NCBI GenBank assembly: GCA_963816355.1
Contig: CAWFKH010000006.1
Location: 96,001-160,000, forward strand
Origin: an uncultured Gemmatimonadales bacterium
Lineage (GTDB): Bacteria > Gemmatimonadota > Gemmatimonadetes > Longimicrobiales > RSA9
Length of the DNA: 64,000 nucleotides
Direction of reading: 5' to 3'
Shown here: in pieces, positions 1 through 8,133 of the stretch
Layout: the number at the start of each line of letters is the position of its first letter
How positions within the stretch are numbered: the first letter of the stretch is position 1
The notes under the pieces: model-generated
Databases searched by the model: none
Seen by the model: the letters and a program-made list of their open reading frames with translations, nothing else
What the model was told of the DNA's origin: nothing
Made by a program: the position numbers and the translations under genes

Positions 1-234
1 CAGCCCCGCGACGAGCGATGCGAAGTCCGGAAACGTAAAGAGCGCCGACTGCTCGATCGGCATGGAGATCGGCGTGGAGATCGGCGTGGAGCCCGGCGTC
101 GAGGCCGGCGTGGAGCCCAGCGTCGAGATCGGCGTCGAGCCCCGATCCGCGGCCGTGTCGCGGGCGCCAGGATCGGCTGCAGGTTCGAGGGTGTCCGCGG
201 AAGCGCAGAGCGCGATGTCGGCGGGATCGATCAT
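1..234 (-). CDS. Partial (runs off window start): probable PLP-dependent trans-sulfuration enzyme (Cys/Met metabolism family), N-terminus only
   Basis: Not in the ORF track. Manual translation from ATG at 234 gives MIDPADIALCASADTLEP...STPISTPISMPIEQSALFTFPDFASLVAGL. The PIxQSxxFxF segment resembles the family N-terminus. GGAG lies upstream. Includes a 12-nt (STPx) tandem expansion. Confidence 0.55.
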   Translation of the reverse strand, partial: MIDPADIALCASADTLEPAADPGARDTAADRGSTPISTLGSTPASTPGSTPISTPISMPIEQSALFTFPDFASLVAGL

Positions 235-389
235 CCGCGGAAGCTCCACGGGTGCGGGCGCGGAGTCAAGCAATTCCCGCGGCGGCGGGCCGCGAAGGCT
301 GCTCGCAAGCCACGGCGATGCCGGGTCGAGGTGGGCGCACCCAGCAGCGCAGCGCTGCCGGCGGCGGGAGCGCCAGGACGAGGGCGGAG

Positions 390-488
390 GGCCGCGACGG
401 CGGGCGGGCGGGCCGCGACGGCGGCGGGCAGGCCGCGACGGCCGCGGGCGGGCTGCGACGGCGGCGGGCAGGCCGCGACGGCGGGCGG
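390..488. repeat. Imperfect ~20-bp tandem repeat (GGCCGCGACGGCGGCGGGCA), about 5 copies
   Basis: Seen directly in intergenic sequence. Confidence 0.8.
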
Positions 489-532
489 CGCCCCCCCGGA
501 AGGGACCCGCACCCTTCCTCGGGACACCGTCT

Positions 533-642
533 GGCTCTGTTCGCAAGAAGTGTTGGTCCCAACGGGAGAGCCCGGTCGGCGCGTCGCAGCGCCTTGCAGC
601 ACATTCACTTGCGAAACACCAACACTTTCCGCGAACAGAGCC
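533..642. repeat. 25-bp imperfect inverted repeat with a 60-nt spacer
   Basis: GGCTCTGTTCGCAAGAAGTGTTGGT (533-557) versus ACCAACACTTTCCGCGAACAGAGCC (618-642). Confidence 0.8.
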
Positions 643-828
643 CCACGGGTTCGGAGCGCATGGGACGTCCCTCGATCGTGGCGTCCGCCGCCGCCCGCGG
701 AGATCCTGCCAGAATGGCACCCATACTTCCGCAGAACCGAGCGCCACGGCGACGCGCGTGCGAGGCATCGCTCCGGTCATCGCATGCGCCCGCGCTTGCC
801 CGCCGCTGCGCGCTGCGCCCATTTTGCC

Positions 829-1725
829 ATGTTGATCCGGCCACGCATCTTCCTCCAGCCGTCAGCGCCCTTGATCGAGGTTCGCGGGCTCCGCTACGCC
901 TATCCAGGCGCCGCCGACGAGGCTCTGCGCGGCCTCGATTTCGAGGTCGGTGCGGGGGAGATCTTCGGCTTTCTCGGGCCGTCGGGAGCCGGGAAGTCGA
1001 CGACGCAGAGCGTGCTCACCGGTCTCCTACACGGCTGGACCGGCGAGGTCCGCGTCTTCGGTGCGCCGCCGGCGGCGCACGGCCGCGGCTTCTACGACCG
1101 GATCGGGGTGTCCTTCGAGGTGCCGAACGTCTACGCCCGTCTCACCGGGCGAGAGAACCTTGAGTTTTTCGCCTCGCTCCACGGTCGCCGCGCGACGGCG
1201 CCCGAACGACTCCTCACGCTCGTCGGCCTCGGGGCCGCCGCGGACCGGCGCGTCGCCGCCTACTCGCGTGGGATGCGGATGCGCCTCAACTTCTGTCGCG
1301 CGCTGCTGCACGACCCGGAGCTTCTCTTCCTCGACGAGCCGACGGGGGGGCAGGATCCGGAGAACGCGCGTCGCATCAAGGAGATCGTGCGCGCTCGACG
1401 GGCCGCGGGCGCCACGGTCCTTCTCACCACGCACGACATGACGCTTGCCACGGAATTGTGCGACCGCGTCGCGTTCATCGTCGACGGCCGCATCGCGGCG
1501 CTCGACACGCCGCGCGCGTTCATGGTCGCTCACGGGAAGCGAACGCTGCGCGTCGCGTACCGCCGCGGCGGCGTCCTCGCGACCGCGGAGTTCGAGCTCG
1601 ACGGCCTCGCCGAGAACGCCGCATTCCTCGCGCTGATCCGGGAGGAGCGCCTCGAGACGATGCACACGCTGGACGCCACGCTCGAGGACGTCTTCGTTGC
1701 CGTGACCGGCAGGCGGCTCGCATGA
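829..1725 (+). CDS. ABC-2 type exporter ATP-binding protein (resembles the fluoroquinolone-export Rv2688c type)
   Basis: Walker A GPSGAGKST, signature YSRGM, Walker B LLFLDEP and H-loop TTHD. Start trimmed from ORF 331..1725 (TTG at 871 also possible). Confidence 0.9.
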   Translation: MLIRPRIFLQPSAPLIEVRGLRYAYPGAADEALRGLDFEVGAGEIFGFLGPSGAGKSTTQSVLTGLLHGWTGEVRVFGAPPAAHGRGFYDRIGVSFEVPNVYARLTGRENLEFFASLHGRRATAPERLLTLVGLGAAADRRVAAYSRGMRMRLNFCRALLHDPELLFLDEPTGGQDPENARRIKEIVRARRAAGATVLLTTHDMTLATELCDRVAFIVDGRIAALDTPRAFMVAHGKRTLRVAYRRGGVLATAEFELDGLAENAAFLALIREERLETMHTLDATLEDVFVAVTGRRLA

Positions 1726-2411
1726 CGAGCGGCCTCGCGCTGCTGCGCAACGACCTGCGGCTGCAGCTGCGCCACGGGCTCTACGGCGCCTACGCCTTCG
1801 TTGCGGTCGCCTACATCGTCCTGCTGCGCGCGCTGCCTACCGCCACGCGCGCGCTCGCGTTGCCGCCGCTGCTGCTCACGGAGTGCTCGGTGATCGGCTT
1901 CTTCTTCGCGGGCACGCTGCTGCTGCTCGAGCGCGGCAATGGCACGCTCGACGCGCTCGCCGTGACGCCGCTCACGCCGGCCATCTACATCGCGTCGAAG
2001 ATGGTGACGCTCGCGACGCTGACCTGCCTCACCGCGCTCGCCGTGACACTCGCGACGGCCCCGTTCGGCGTGCACGCGATCGAGCTCACCGTCGCCGCGG
2101 CGCTGACGTCCGCGGTCTTCACGGCGCTGGGCGTGGCGTTCGCGGCGCGCGCGTCGTCGCTCGAACGGTTCGTCCTGCTCGGCGGCCTCTTCAGTGCGCT
2201 GCTCGCGCTGCCGGTGCTTCCGTATTTGGGGGTGCTGCCGTCGCCGCTGTGGGTGCTCGTGCCGACGCAGCCGGCGCTCCTTCTCTTCGCCGACGCCGTC
2301 GGCTTCTTCTGTCTGGCGCGCGCGGGGCCGCCGCTGTTCGCCGCGCTGCTGGCCGCGTGGGCGGTGCCGGCCTTCCTGCTGGCGCGGCGCGCGATCGAGC
2401 GGCCGGAATGA
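1722..2411 (+). CDS. ABC-2 exporter permease subunit 1
   Basis: ATGA overlap with the ATPase stop; multiple TM helices; LLERxxGTLDALAVTP motif. Confidence 0.85.
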   Translation: MTSGLALLRNDLRLQLRHGLYGAYAFVAVAYIVLLRALPTATRALALPPLLLTECSVIGFFFAGTLLLLERGNGTLDALAVTPLTPAIYIASKMVTLATLTCLTALAVTLATAPFGVHAIELTVAAALTSAVFTALGVAFAARASSLERFVLLGGLFSALLALPVLPYLGVLPSPLWVLVPTQPALLLFADAVGFFCLARAGPPLFAALLAAWAVPAFLLARRAIERPE

Positions 2412-3184
2412 GACCGGCGCGCGCACCGATCCGGCTCCTCGCCGCCGTGCGCCGCCGCGCGCTCGAGCTCCGCGTCGCCGACTTCCGGCGCCTCACGCGC
2501 GATCCGCTCCTCTCCGACCTGCGCCGCTTCGCGCGCGACCCGATCCTCGTCGCGCTCGCCGTCGTGCCGCCGGCCCTGGCGCTCGCGCTCCGCTTCGCGA
2601 TGCCGCGCCTCGCGCCGCTGCTGCCGGCGCCGCCCGGCGTTGTTGCGACGACCGCGGCGGCTGCGCTTCTCCTGATCACGCCGATGCTCTTCGGATTCGT
2701 CGCGGCGCTGCTGCTTCTCGACGAGCGGGACGAGGGCGTGCTGGCCGCCGTCGCCGTGACGCCGGTCGGCAAGCGCGGCTTCCTCGCCTACCGCATGGTC
2801 GCGCCGGCGGCGTGGACCGCCGGCGCGAGCGTGGTCGTGCTGCGCGTCGCCGGCCTGGCCGACGTCGGCGAGACGCGCCTCGTCGCGCTCGCGCTGCTCG
2901 CCGGTATGGAGGCGCCGCTGCTCGCGCTGTTCGTCGGCGCGTTCGCGCCCTCGAAAATCGAGGGGATGGCGCTGGCGAAGGTGGGGAGCGTGCTGATCGG
3001 CGTCGGCGCCCTCGCGGTACTCGCGCCATGGCCGCTGCAGGCGCTCGCGTCGCCGAGCCCGCACTACTGGCTCGTGCGCGTGCTGGTCGGCTCCGGCGCG
3101 GCGCTGACCGTCGTGGCCGCGTTCGTCGTCCACGCCGCGGCGCTCGCGATCCTCGCGTGGCGGTTCGGCCGGCGCGTGGGCTGA
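2408..3184 (+). CDS. ABC-2 exporter permease subunit 2
   Basis: ATGA overlap; LLDERDEGVLAAVAVTP and SKIEGMALAK motifs; multiple TM helices. Confidence 0.85.
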   Translation: MRPARAPIRLLAAVRRRALELRVADFRRLTRDPLLSDLRRFARDPILVALAVVPPALALALRFAMPRLAPLLPAPPGVVATTAAAALLLITPMLFGFVAALLLLDERDEGVLAAVAVTPVGKRGFLAYRMVAPAAWTAGASVVVLRVAGLADVGETRLVALALLAGMEAPLLALFVGAFAPSKIEGMALAKVGSVLIGVGALAVLAPWPLQALASPSPHYWLVRVLVGSGAALTVVAAFVVHAAALAILAWRFGRRVG

Positions 3185-3267
3185 GGCGGGCCGGCGCGTG
3201 CGACGAGGCGGGCGGGCGCGTGCGGCGAGGCGGGCCGGCGCGTGCGGCGGGGCGGGCGCGGCGCTCC

Positions 3268-3753
3268 TCAGACGGGCGACAGCCGCCAGCGCGCCGTCAC
3301 GCGCGCCACGACCTCGCCGGCGGCGTCGCGCAGCACGGCGGAAACGTCGTGGTCGACGCCGTCCCCGACGTCGGGCGCGACGCACGCGCACTCCGCCTCG
3401 ATCGGTCCTCGGGCCTTGCGCGCGAACTCGATCGAGAGGGCGGTCGGAATGCCTCGCACGCCGGGCGGCAGCGCGGCGGTCAGTGCGAGGCCGGTGGTCA
3501 GCTCGCCGAGGTTGGTGAGCGCGATCGCGTGCAGAGAGCCGAGGTGGTTGCGCAGCCGAGGCCGGTCCGGCATGCGCACGCGCGCCCGCCCCGGCTCCAG
3601 CTCGAGCACGGTCGGCGCGATGGTGCCGCTGTAGGGCGCCATGCGGCCCACGAGCCAGCCGAAGACGCGGCCGCCCAGCGGCCAGCGACGCACCCGCCGC
3701 CATGTCGCCAGCAGCCGCGCGCCGGCGGCCGCGGGATCCAACGACTCCGCCAT
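3268..3753 (-). CDS. Hot-dog fold PaaI/DUF4442-like thioesterase family protein
   Basis: PYSGTI...RNHLGSLHAIALTNLGE...SIEFARKARG; GGAGG upstream of ATG at 3753. Confidence 0.85.
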   Translation of the reverse strand: MAESLDPAAAGARLLATWRRVRRWPLGGRVFGWLVGRMAPYSGTIAPTVLELEPGRARVRMPDRPRLRNHLGSLHAIALTNLGELTTGLALTAALPPGVRGIPTALSIEFARKARGPIEAECACVAPDVGDGVDHDVSAVLRDAAGEVVARVTARWRLSPV

Positions 3754-3983
3754 CGTCGCCTCCGCCGGAGGATCACCAGGGTGCCGCGGCGAACCGCTCC
3801 CGCGCCCGAATCTACGCGTTGCGCCTGGCCGCCGCAGCGGCGCGCAGCTCGCCACGCCGGCGCCCCCGAATCACCCCTGTCGATTTCGCGAGTGCCCGTT
3901 CGTCGCCATGATGGAGGCGGGGCGCACGCGCCGGCCGCGAGCAGCCGGAACCCGCCCCCGGAACCCCGTACCGAGGAGACACG

Positions 3984-4409
3984 ATGCGTTTCATGGTGAT
4001 CGTCAAGGCGACCCCCGAGAGCGAAGCCGGCGTGTTGCCGAGCGAGGAGATGCTGACCAGGATGGGCAAGTTCAACGAGAAGCTGGCCGACGCCGGAGTC
4101 ATGCTCGCGGGCGAGGGGCTGCATCCGACGTCGCGCGGCGCGCGCATCCGCTTCTCCGGCGGCGAGCGCGCCGTCATCGACGGCCCCTTCACCGAGTCGA
4201 AGGAGCTGATCGCCGGCTTCTGGCTCATCGACGTGCGCTCCAGGGAGGAGGCGATCGAGTGGTTCAAGCGCGCGCCGATGGAGGACGGCGACGAGCTCGA
4301 GCTGCGCCAGGTCTTCGAAGCCGACGACTTCGGCGAGGCGTTCACCCCGGAGCTGCGCGAACAGGAGGAGCGCCTGCGCGCGCAGGCGGCGGAGCGGCAG
4401 GGCTCGTGA
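3984..4409 (+). CDS. YciI family (DGPF-motif) protein
   Basis: GEGLHP and DGPFTESKELIAGFW motifs; GAGGAG RBS. Confidence 0.92.
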   Translation: MRFMVIVKATPESEAGVLPSEEMLTRMGKFNEKLADAGVMLAGEGLHPTSRGARIRFSGGERAVIDGPFTESKELIAGFWLIDVRSREEAIEWFKRAPMEDGDELELRQVFEADDFGEAFTPELREQEERLRAQAAERQGS

Positions 4410-4590
4410 GGCCCGGGCGCGCCGGCGAAGCGGCAGGGCGGGTGAGGGGTGCGCGACGTCGCAGCGGCGCCGTCGTCGCGAAACCCCTACCGCCGGGAGG
4501 GGCGACGATGCGATTCTCATTCACCGCCGCCGTCGCGGACGGCGGTCTCACGCACCGCGTCGGGGGCGGCCCCGGGAAAGGCGATGACGC

Positions 4591-5706
4591 ATGAGTGGCG
4601 TTCGAGTGCTGGTCGGCACGCGCAAGGGGGCGTTCGTCCTGACGGCGGACGGCACGCGGCGGAGTTGGTCCGTCGACGGCCCCCACTTCGGCGGCTGGGA
4701 GATCTACCACGCGAAGGGATCGCCGACCGACCCGGACCGCATCTACCTCTCCCAGTCGACCGGCTGGTTCGGCCAGCTCATCCAGCGCTCCGACGACGGC
4801 GGCCGCACGTGGGAGGCGGTCGGCAACGAGTTCGCCTACGACGGCGTGCCCGGCACGCACCAGTGGTACGACGGCACGCCGCACCCGTGGGAGTTCAAAC
4901 GAGTCTGGCACCTCGAGCCCTCGCCCCACGACCCGGACACCGTGTACGCGGGCGTCGAGGACGCCGCCCTCTTCCGCTCCACCGATGGCGGCGCCACGTG
5001 GCACGAGCTCGCCGGCCTGCGCGGCCACGGCTCCGGCCCGCGCTGGCAGCCCGGCGCGGGCGGGCTCTGCCTGCACACGATCCTGCTCCACCCGACGGAC
5101 CCGGACCGCATCTTCATCGCCATCTCCGCCGCCGGCGCGTTCCGCAGCGACGACGGCGGCGCGTCGTGGCGCCCGATCAACCAGGGCCTGAGCTCACAGT
5201 ACATCCCGGACCCGACCGCCGACGTAGGCCACTGCGTGCACCGCATCGCGCTCCACCCCTCGCGCCCCGACGTCCTCTTCATGCAGAAGCACTGGGACGT
5301 GATGCGCAGCGACGACGCCGGCGACCACTGGCACGAAGTGAGCGGCAACCTGCCCAGCGACTTCGGGTTCCCGATCCAGGTCCACGCCCACGAGCCGGAG
5401 ACCGTCTACGTGGTGCCGATCAAGAGCGACTCCGAGCACTACCCGCCCGACGCCCGCCTGCGCGTCTACCGCTCCCGCACCGGCGGCGACGAGTGGGCGG
5501 CGCTCACCACCGGTCTGCCGCAGGAGAACTGCTACGTCAACGTGCTGCGCGACGCGATGGCCGTCGACACGCTCGACGAGTGCGGCGTCTACTTCGGCAC
5601 CACCGGCGGCCAGGTCTACGGCTCCGCCGACGGCGGCGACTCCTGGACCGCGATCGTGCGCGACCTGCCGTCCGTCCTCTCCGTCGAGGTCCAGACGCTG
5701 CCATGA
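4591..5706 (+). CDS. BNR/Asp-box beta-propeller protein (exo-alpha-sialidase-like), no signal peptide
   Basis: Repeated SxDGGxTW Asp-boxes ([40 protein letters not shown]). Confidence 0.88.
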   Translation: MSGVRVLVGTRKGAFVLTADGTRRSWSVDGPHFGGWEIYHAKGSPTDPDRIYLSQSTGWFGQLIQRSDDGGRTWEAVGNEFAYDGVPGTHQWYDGTPHPWEFKRVWHLEPSPHDPDTVYAGVEDAALFRSTDGGATWHELAGLRGHGSGPRWQPGAGGLCLHTILLHPTDPDRIFIAISAAGAFRSDDGGASWRPINQGLSSQYIPDPTADVGHCVHRIALHPSRPDVLFMQKHWDVMRSDDAGDHWHEVSGNLPSDFGFPIQVHAHEPETVYVVPIKSDSEHYPPDARLRVYRSRTGGDEWAALTTGLPQENCYVNVLRDAMAVDTLDECGVYFGTTGGQVYGSADGGDSWTAIVRDLPSVLSVEVQTLP

Positions 5707-6023
5707 GAGCCACGGAATCCGCCGCATCGGTGCGCCTCGTCCTGCCGCCCCACCTTCGCACCCTCGCCCGCGTCGGCAGCGAGGTCGAGATCGAGGTGGA
5801 GGGCGCGGTCACGCAGCGCGCTGTCCTCGACGCCCTCGAAACCCGCTTCCCCGTGCTGCGCGGCACGATCCGCGACCACGTCACGCTGCGGCGCCGCGAC
5901 TTCGTCCGCTTCTTCGCGTGCGAGGAGGACCTCTCCCACGAGAGCGCGGACGCGCCGCTGCCGGCGGCGGTCGCCGAAGGCAGGGAGCCGTTCGTCGTGC
6001 TCGGCGCGCTTGCCGGCGGGTGA
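5703..6023 (+). CDS. MoaD/ThiS family ubiquitin-like (beta-grasp) protein
   Basis: ATGA overlap with the upstream gene; LPPHLRTLA start; C-terminal ALAGG. Confidence 0.85.
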   Translation: MRATESAASVRLVLPPHLRTLARVGSEVEIEVEGAVTQRAVLDALETRFPVLRGTIRDHVTLRRRDFVRFFACEEDLSHESADAPLPAAVAEGREPFVVLGALAGG

Positions 6024-6030
6024 GTACGAC

Positions 6031-6109
6031 CGAACTGCGGGACCGAAACTGCGGGACGGAATTGCGGGACCGAACTGCGGGACGGGACTGCGGGACCGAA
6101 CTGCGGGAC
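6031..6109. repeat. 13-bp tandem array (CGAACTGCGGGAC) x6
   Basis: Seen directly; one unit is 14 bp. Confidence 0.9.
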
Positions 6110-6196
6110 GGGTCCAACAGCGGACGGCGGGGACCCGCGGGCGCGAGCATCACCGTATCCCCTCGGTGCCCCCCCTCGACCACGAACCCACGACCC

Positions 6197-6317
6197 TCCC
6201 GCGGTTCAATCCCGCGGTTCAATCCCGCGGTTCAATCCCGCGGTCCAATCCCGCGGTCCAATCCCGCGGTCCAATCCCGCAGTTCAATCCCGCGGTCCAA
6301 TCCCGCGGTCCAATCCC
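6197..6317. repeat. 13-bp tandem array (TCCCGCGGTYCAA) x9, inverted relative to 6031-6109
   Basis: Seen directly; the reverse complement of unit 6275-6287 shares GAACTGCGGGA with the first array. Confidence 0.9.
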
Positions 6318-6337
6318 AACCCTCACCCCCCACGCCC

Positions 6338-6919
6338 ATGCTTCAACGCCTGATGTTCACCCTCATGTACCGCTTCGGCTTCACGCCCTGGGACGGCCAT
6401 CCCCTCCCGTCCCGCCTGCGCGTCGCCGCCGACGCTCCGGCGAAGGGCCGCGCGCTCGATCTGGGCTGCGGCACCGGCGACACGGCGATCCACCTGGCGA
6501 AGCACGGCTGGGAGGTGACCGGCGTGGACTTCGTGGAGCGCGCGCTGGACCGCGCCCGCGCGAAGTCGGAGGCCGCCGGCGTCGACGTTCGCTTCGTCCG
6601 TGCCGACGTCGCTCGCCTGCCGGAGGCCGGCGTGGGTGACGGCTTCCGCCTCGTCGTCGACAGCGGCCTGCTGCACGGCCTCTCCGACGAGGCGCGCGAC
6701 GCCTACGTCGGCCACGTAACCGCCGCCGCCGCTCCCGGCGCCACGATGATCCTCGGTGCCTTCCCCACCGGCGGCAAGGGCGGCCCGCGCGGCATCGACC
6801 GCGCCGAGGTCGGGCGCCGCTTCGCGGACGGCTGGGACCTCGTCGGCGCCGGGACGGAGGAGGGGATCTCGCGAGGCGATGCGCGCGCAATCGTCGTCTA
6901 CGAGCTGCGCCGGAAGTAG
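6338..6919 (+). CDS. Class I SAM-dependent methyltransferase (TPMT/TehB-like)
   Basis: PWD motif, ALDLGCGTG motif I, VTGVDF, VVDSGLLH. Confidence 0.9.
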   Translation: MLQRLMFTLMYRFGFTPWDGHPLPSRLRVAADAPAKGRALDLGCGTGDTAIHLAKHGWEVTGVDFVERALDRARAKSEAAGVDVRFVRADVARLPEAGVGDGFRLVVDSGLLHGLSDEARDAYVGHVTAAAAPGATMILGAFPTGGKGGPRGIDRAEVGRRFADGWDLVGAGTEEGISRGDARAIVVYELRRK

Positions 6920-6922
6920 GGC

Positions 6923-7046
6923 CTACTCGTAGCGCAGCGCCTGCATCGGATCGGTGCGCAAGGCGCGCCGCCCCGGCACGCAGCCGGCGAACACGAGTGT
7001 TCCGACCCGTCGCAGGATCATGCGCCGCACCTGTGCGGCGTCCGCG
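6923..7046 (-). pseudogene. Remnant C-terminus of an FtsX/MacB-type (ADOP-like) ABC permease
   Basis: Translates as ..ADAAQVRRMILRRVG..AGCVPGRRALRTDPMQALRYE*, matching the family ending PARRAxxVDPMxALRYE; no upstream gene body. Confidence 0.7.
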
Positions 7047-7047
7047 C

Positions 7048-7536
7048 TCACGACGCCGCCCCGGCCGCCCCGGCCGTGCCGCCGGGCGTGACCGGCGCCG
7101 GGCCGCGGTCCATGAGCGCGCCGAACGTGCCGCCGTAGACGAGGTGGAGGACGAGCGTCGCCACGGCGATCATCGGCGTCACCGCGGTGCCGAACGCCCC
7201 CCAGCCGAGGAACGGCAGCACCACCACCTGCATCAGCAGCCACAGGAACACGCCGAGCGCGATGCCGCGACCCACCGTCACGCGCCGCGTCGTCGCCGCC
7301 AGAACGCCGCCCCAGAAGCCGCCGTACGCCAGGTGCAGTAGCGCCGCCGCCGCCATCAGCGCCGGCTTCGGCAGGCCGCCGCCCGTCAGCTTGCCGACGA
7401 TCGCCGCCGGGATCGGCTTCGGCATCGGCGAGGCGCCGCTCACCAGCCCCAGGATCATCAGCACGGACATCGCGAGCGTCGCGACGACGCCCCACCCTGC
7501 TCCGCTCCAGAACCTTCGCATCGTGCTCCCCTCCAT
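7048..7536 (-). CDS. Small 4-TM membrane protein of unknown function (DUF6789/DUF1440-like)
   Basis: Four hydrophobic helices with HLAYG and HLVYG motifs; alternative start at 7521. Confidence 0.75.
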   Translation of the reverse strand: MEGSTMRRFWSGAGWGVVATLAMSVLMILGLVSGASPMPKPIPAAIVGKLTGGGLPKPALMAAAALLHLAYGGFWGGVLAATTRRVTVGRGIALGVFLWLLMQVVVLPFLGWGAFGTAVTPMIAVATLVLHLVYGGTFGALMDRGPAPVTPGGTAGAAGAAS

Positions 7537-7601
7537 TCCCGGGCCATGCCCCTGGCCGGCGACGTCGTCCGCCGCGCGGCCGTGGATCCGAACTGTGGGT
7601 C

Positions 7602-7973
7602 TCAGGAGGCCAGGCGCCGCGCCGCGGCGTCGCCCCGCAGCAGAGCGGCCAGATCCTCCAGCAGTGCTTCGTTCACGCGGCAGTACAGGTAGCGCCCCTG
7701 GCGCGCGCGTTCGATCACGCCCGCGTCCTGCAGCTCCTTCAGGTGGTGCGACAGCGTCGACGGCGCGACGTCGACGAGCGTGGCCAGCTCGCCGACGTTA
7801 CAGCTCGCCGGATCGAGCGCGCACTCCGCCGCGCGCGCGCCGGAGCAGCACGCGACCGCGCGTCCGAGCAGCGCCCGTACGATCGTCAGCCGGTGCGGGT
7901 GACCGAGCGCGCGGAAGGCGCGGCTCAGCGCATCGTCGTCGATCGGTGTCTGCGGGATCCTCGTAGGCGCCAT
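7602..7973 (-). CDS. ArsR/SmtB family transcriptional regulator with a Cys-rich insert
   Basis: FRALGHPHRL..., STLSHHLKEL, RQGRYLYCRVN; insert ACCSGARAAEC..SCNV; GGAG RBS. Confidence 0.92.
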   Translation of the reverse strand: MAPTRIPQTPIDDDALSRAFRALGHPHRLTIVRALLGRAVACCSGARAAECALDPASCNVGELATLVDVAPSTLSHHLKELQDAGVIERARQGRYLYCRVNEALLEDLAALLRGDAAARRLAS

Positions 7974-8000
7974 GCTCCATCCCTTTCCATTCATTCCATA

Positions 8001-8029
8001 ATTCTACAAATATCGAAGTGTTAGGGCAA
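8001..8029 (-). promoter_or_regulatory. sigma70-type promoter for arsR overlapping an imperfect palindrome (likely autoregulatory operator)
   Basis: Minus strand reads TTGCCC-N17-TAGAAT; the spacer/-10 contains TTCGATATTTGTAGAA; an AT-rich island in GC-rich DNA. Confidence 0.7.
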
Positions 8030-8133
8030 GGGCTCGGTCGCGGTCCGGGTCTGGAAACCGCGCGTGTGGCCTTCGCAGGCGGGTGAGGCTGACTGAGCGC
8101 GCCTCCCCCTCCCTCACACCACCGGCACCTCCC

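Noticed and set aside
62..835. 257-aa plus-strand ORF
   Set aside because: It spans the antisense of a minus-strand gene and intergenic repeats, with no protein-like motifs.
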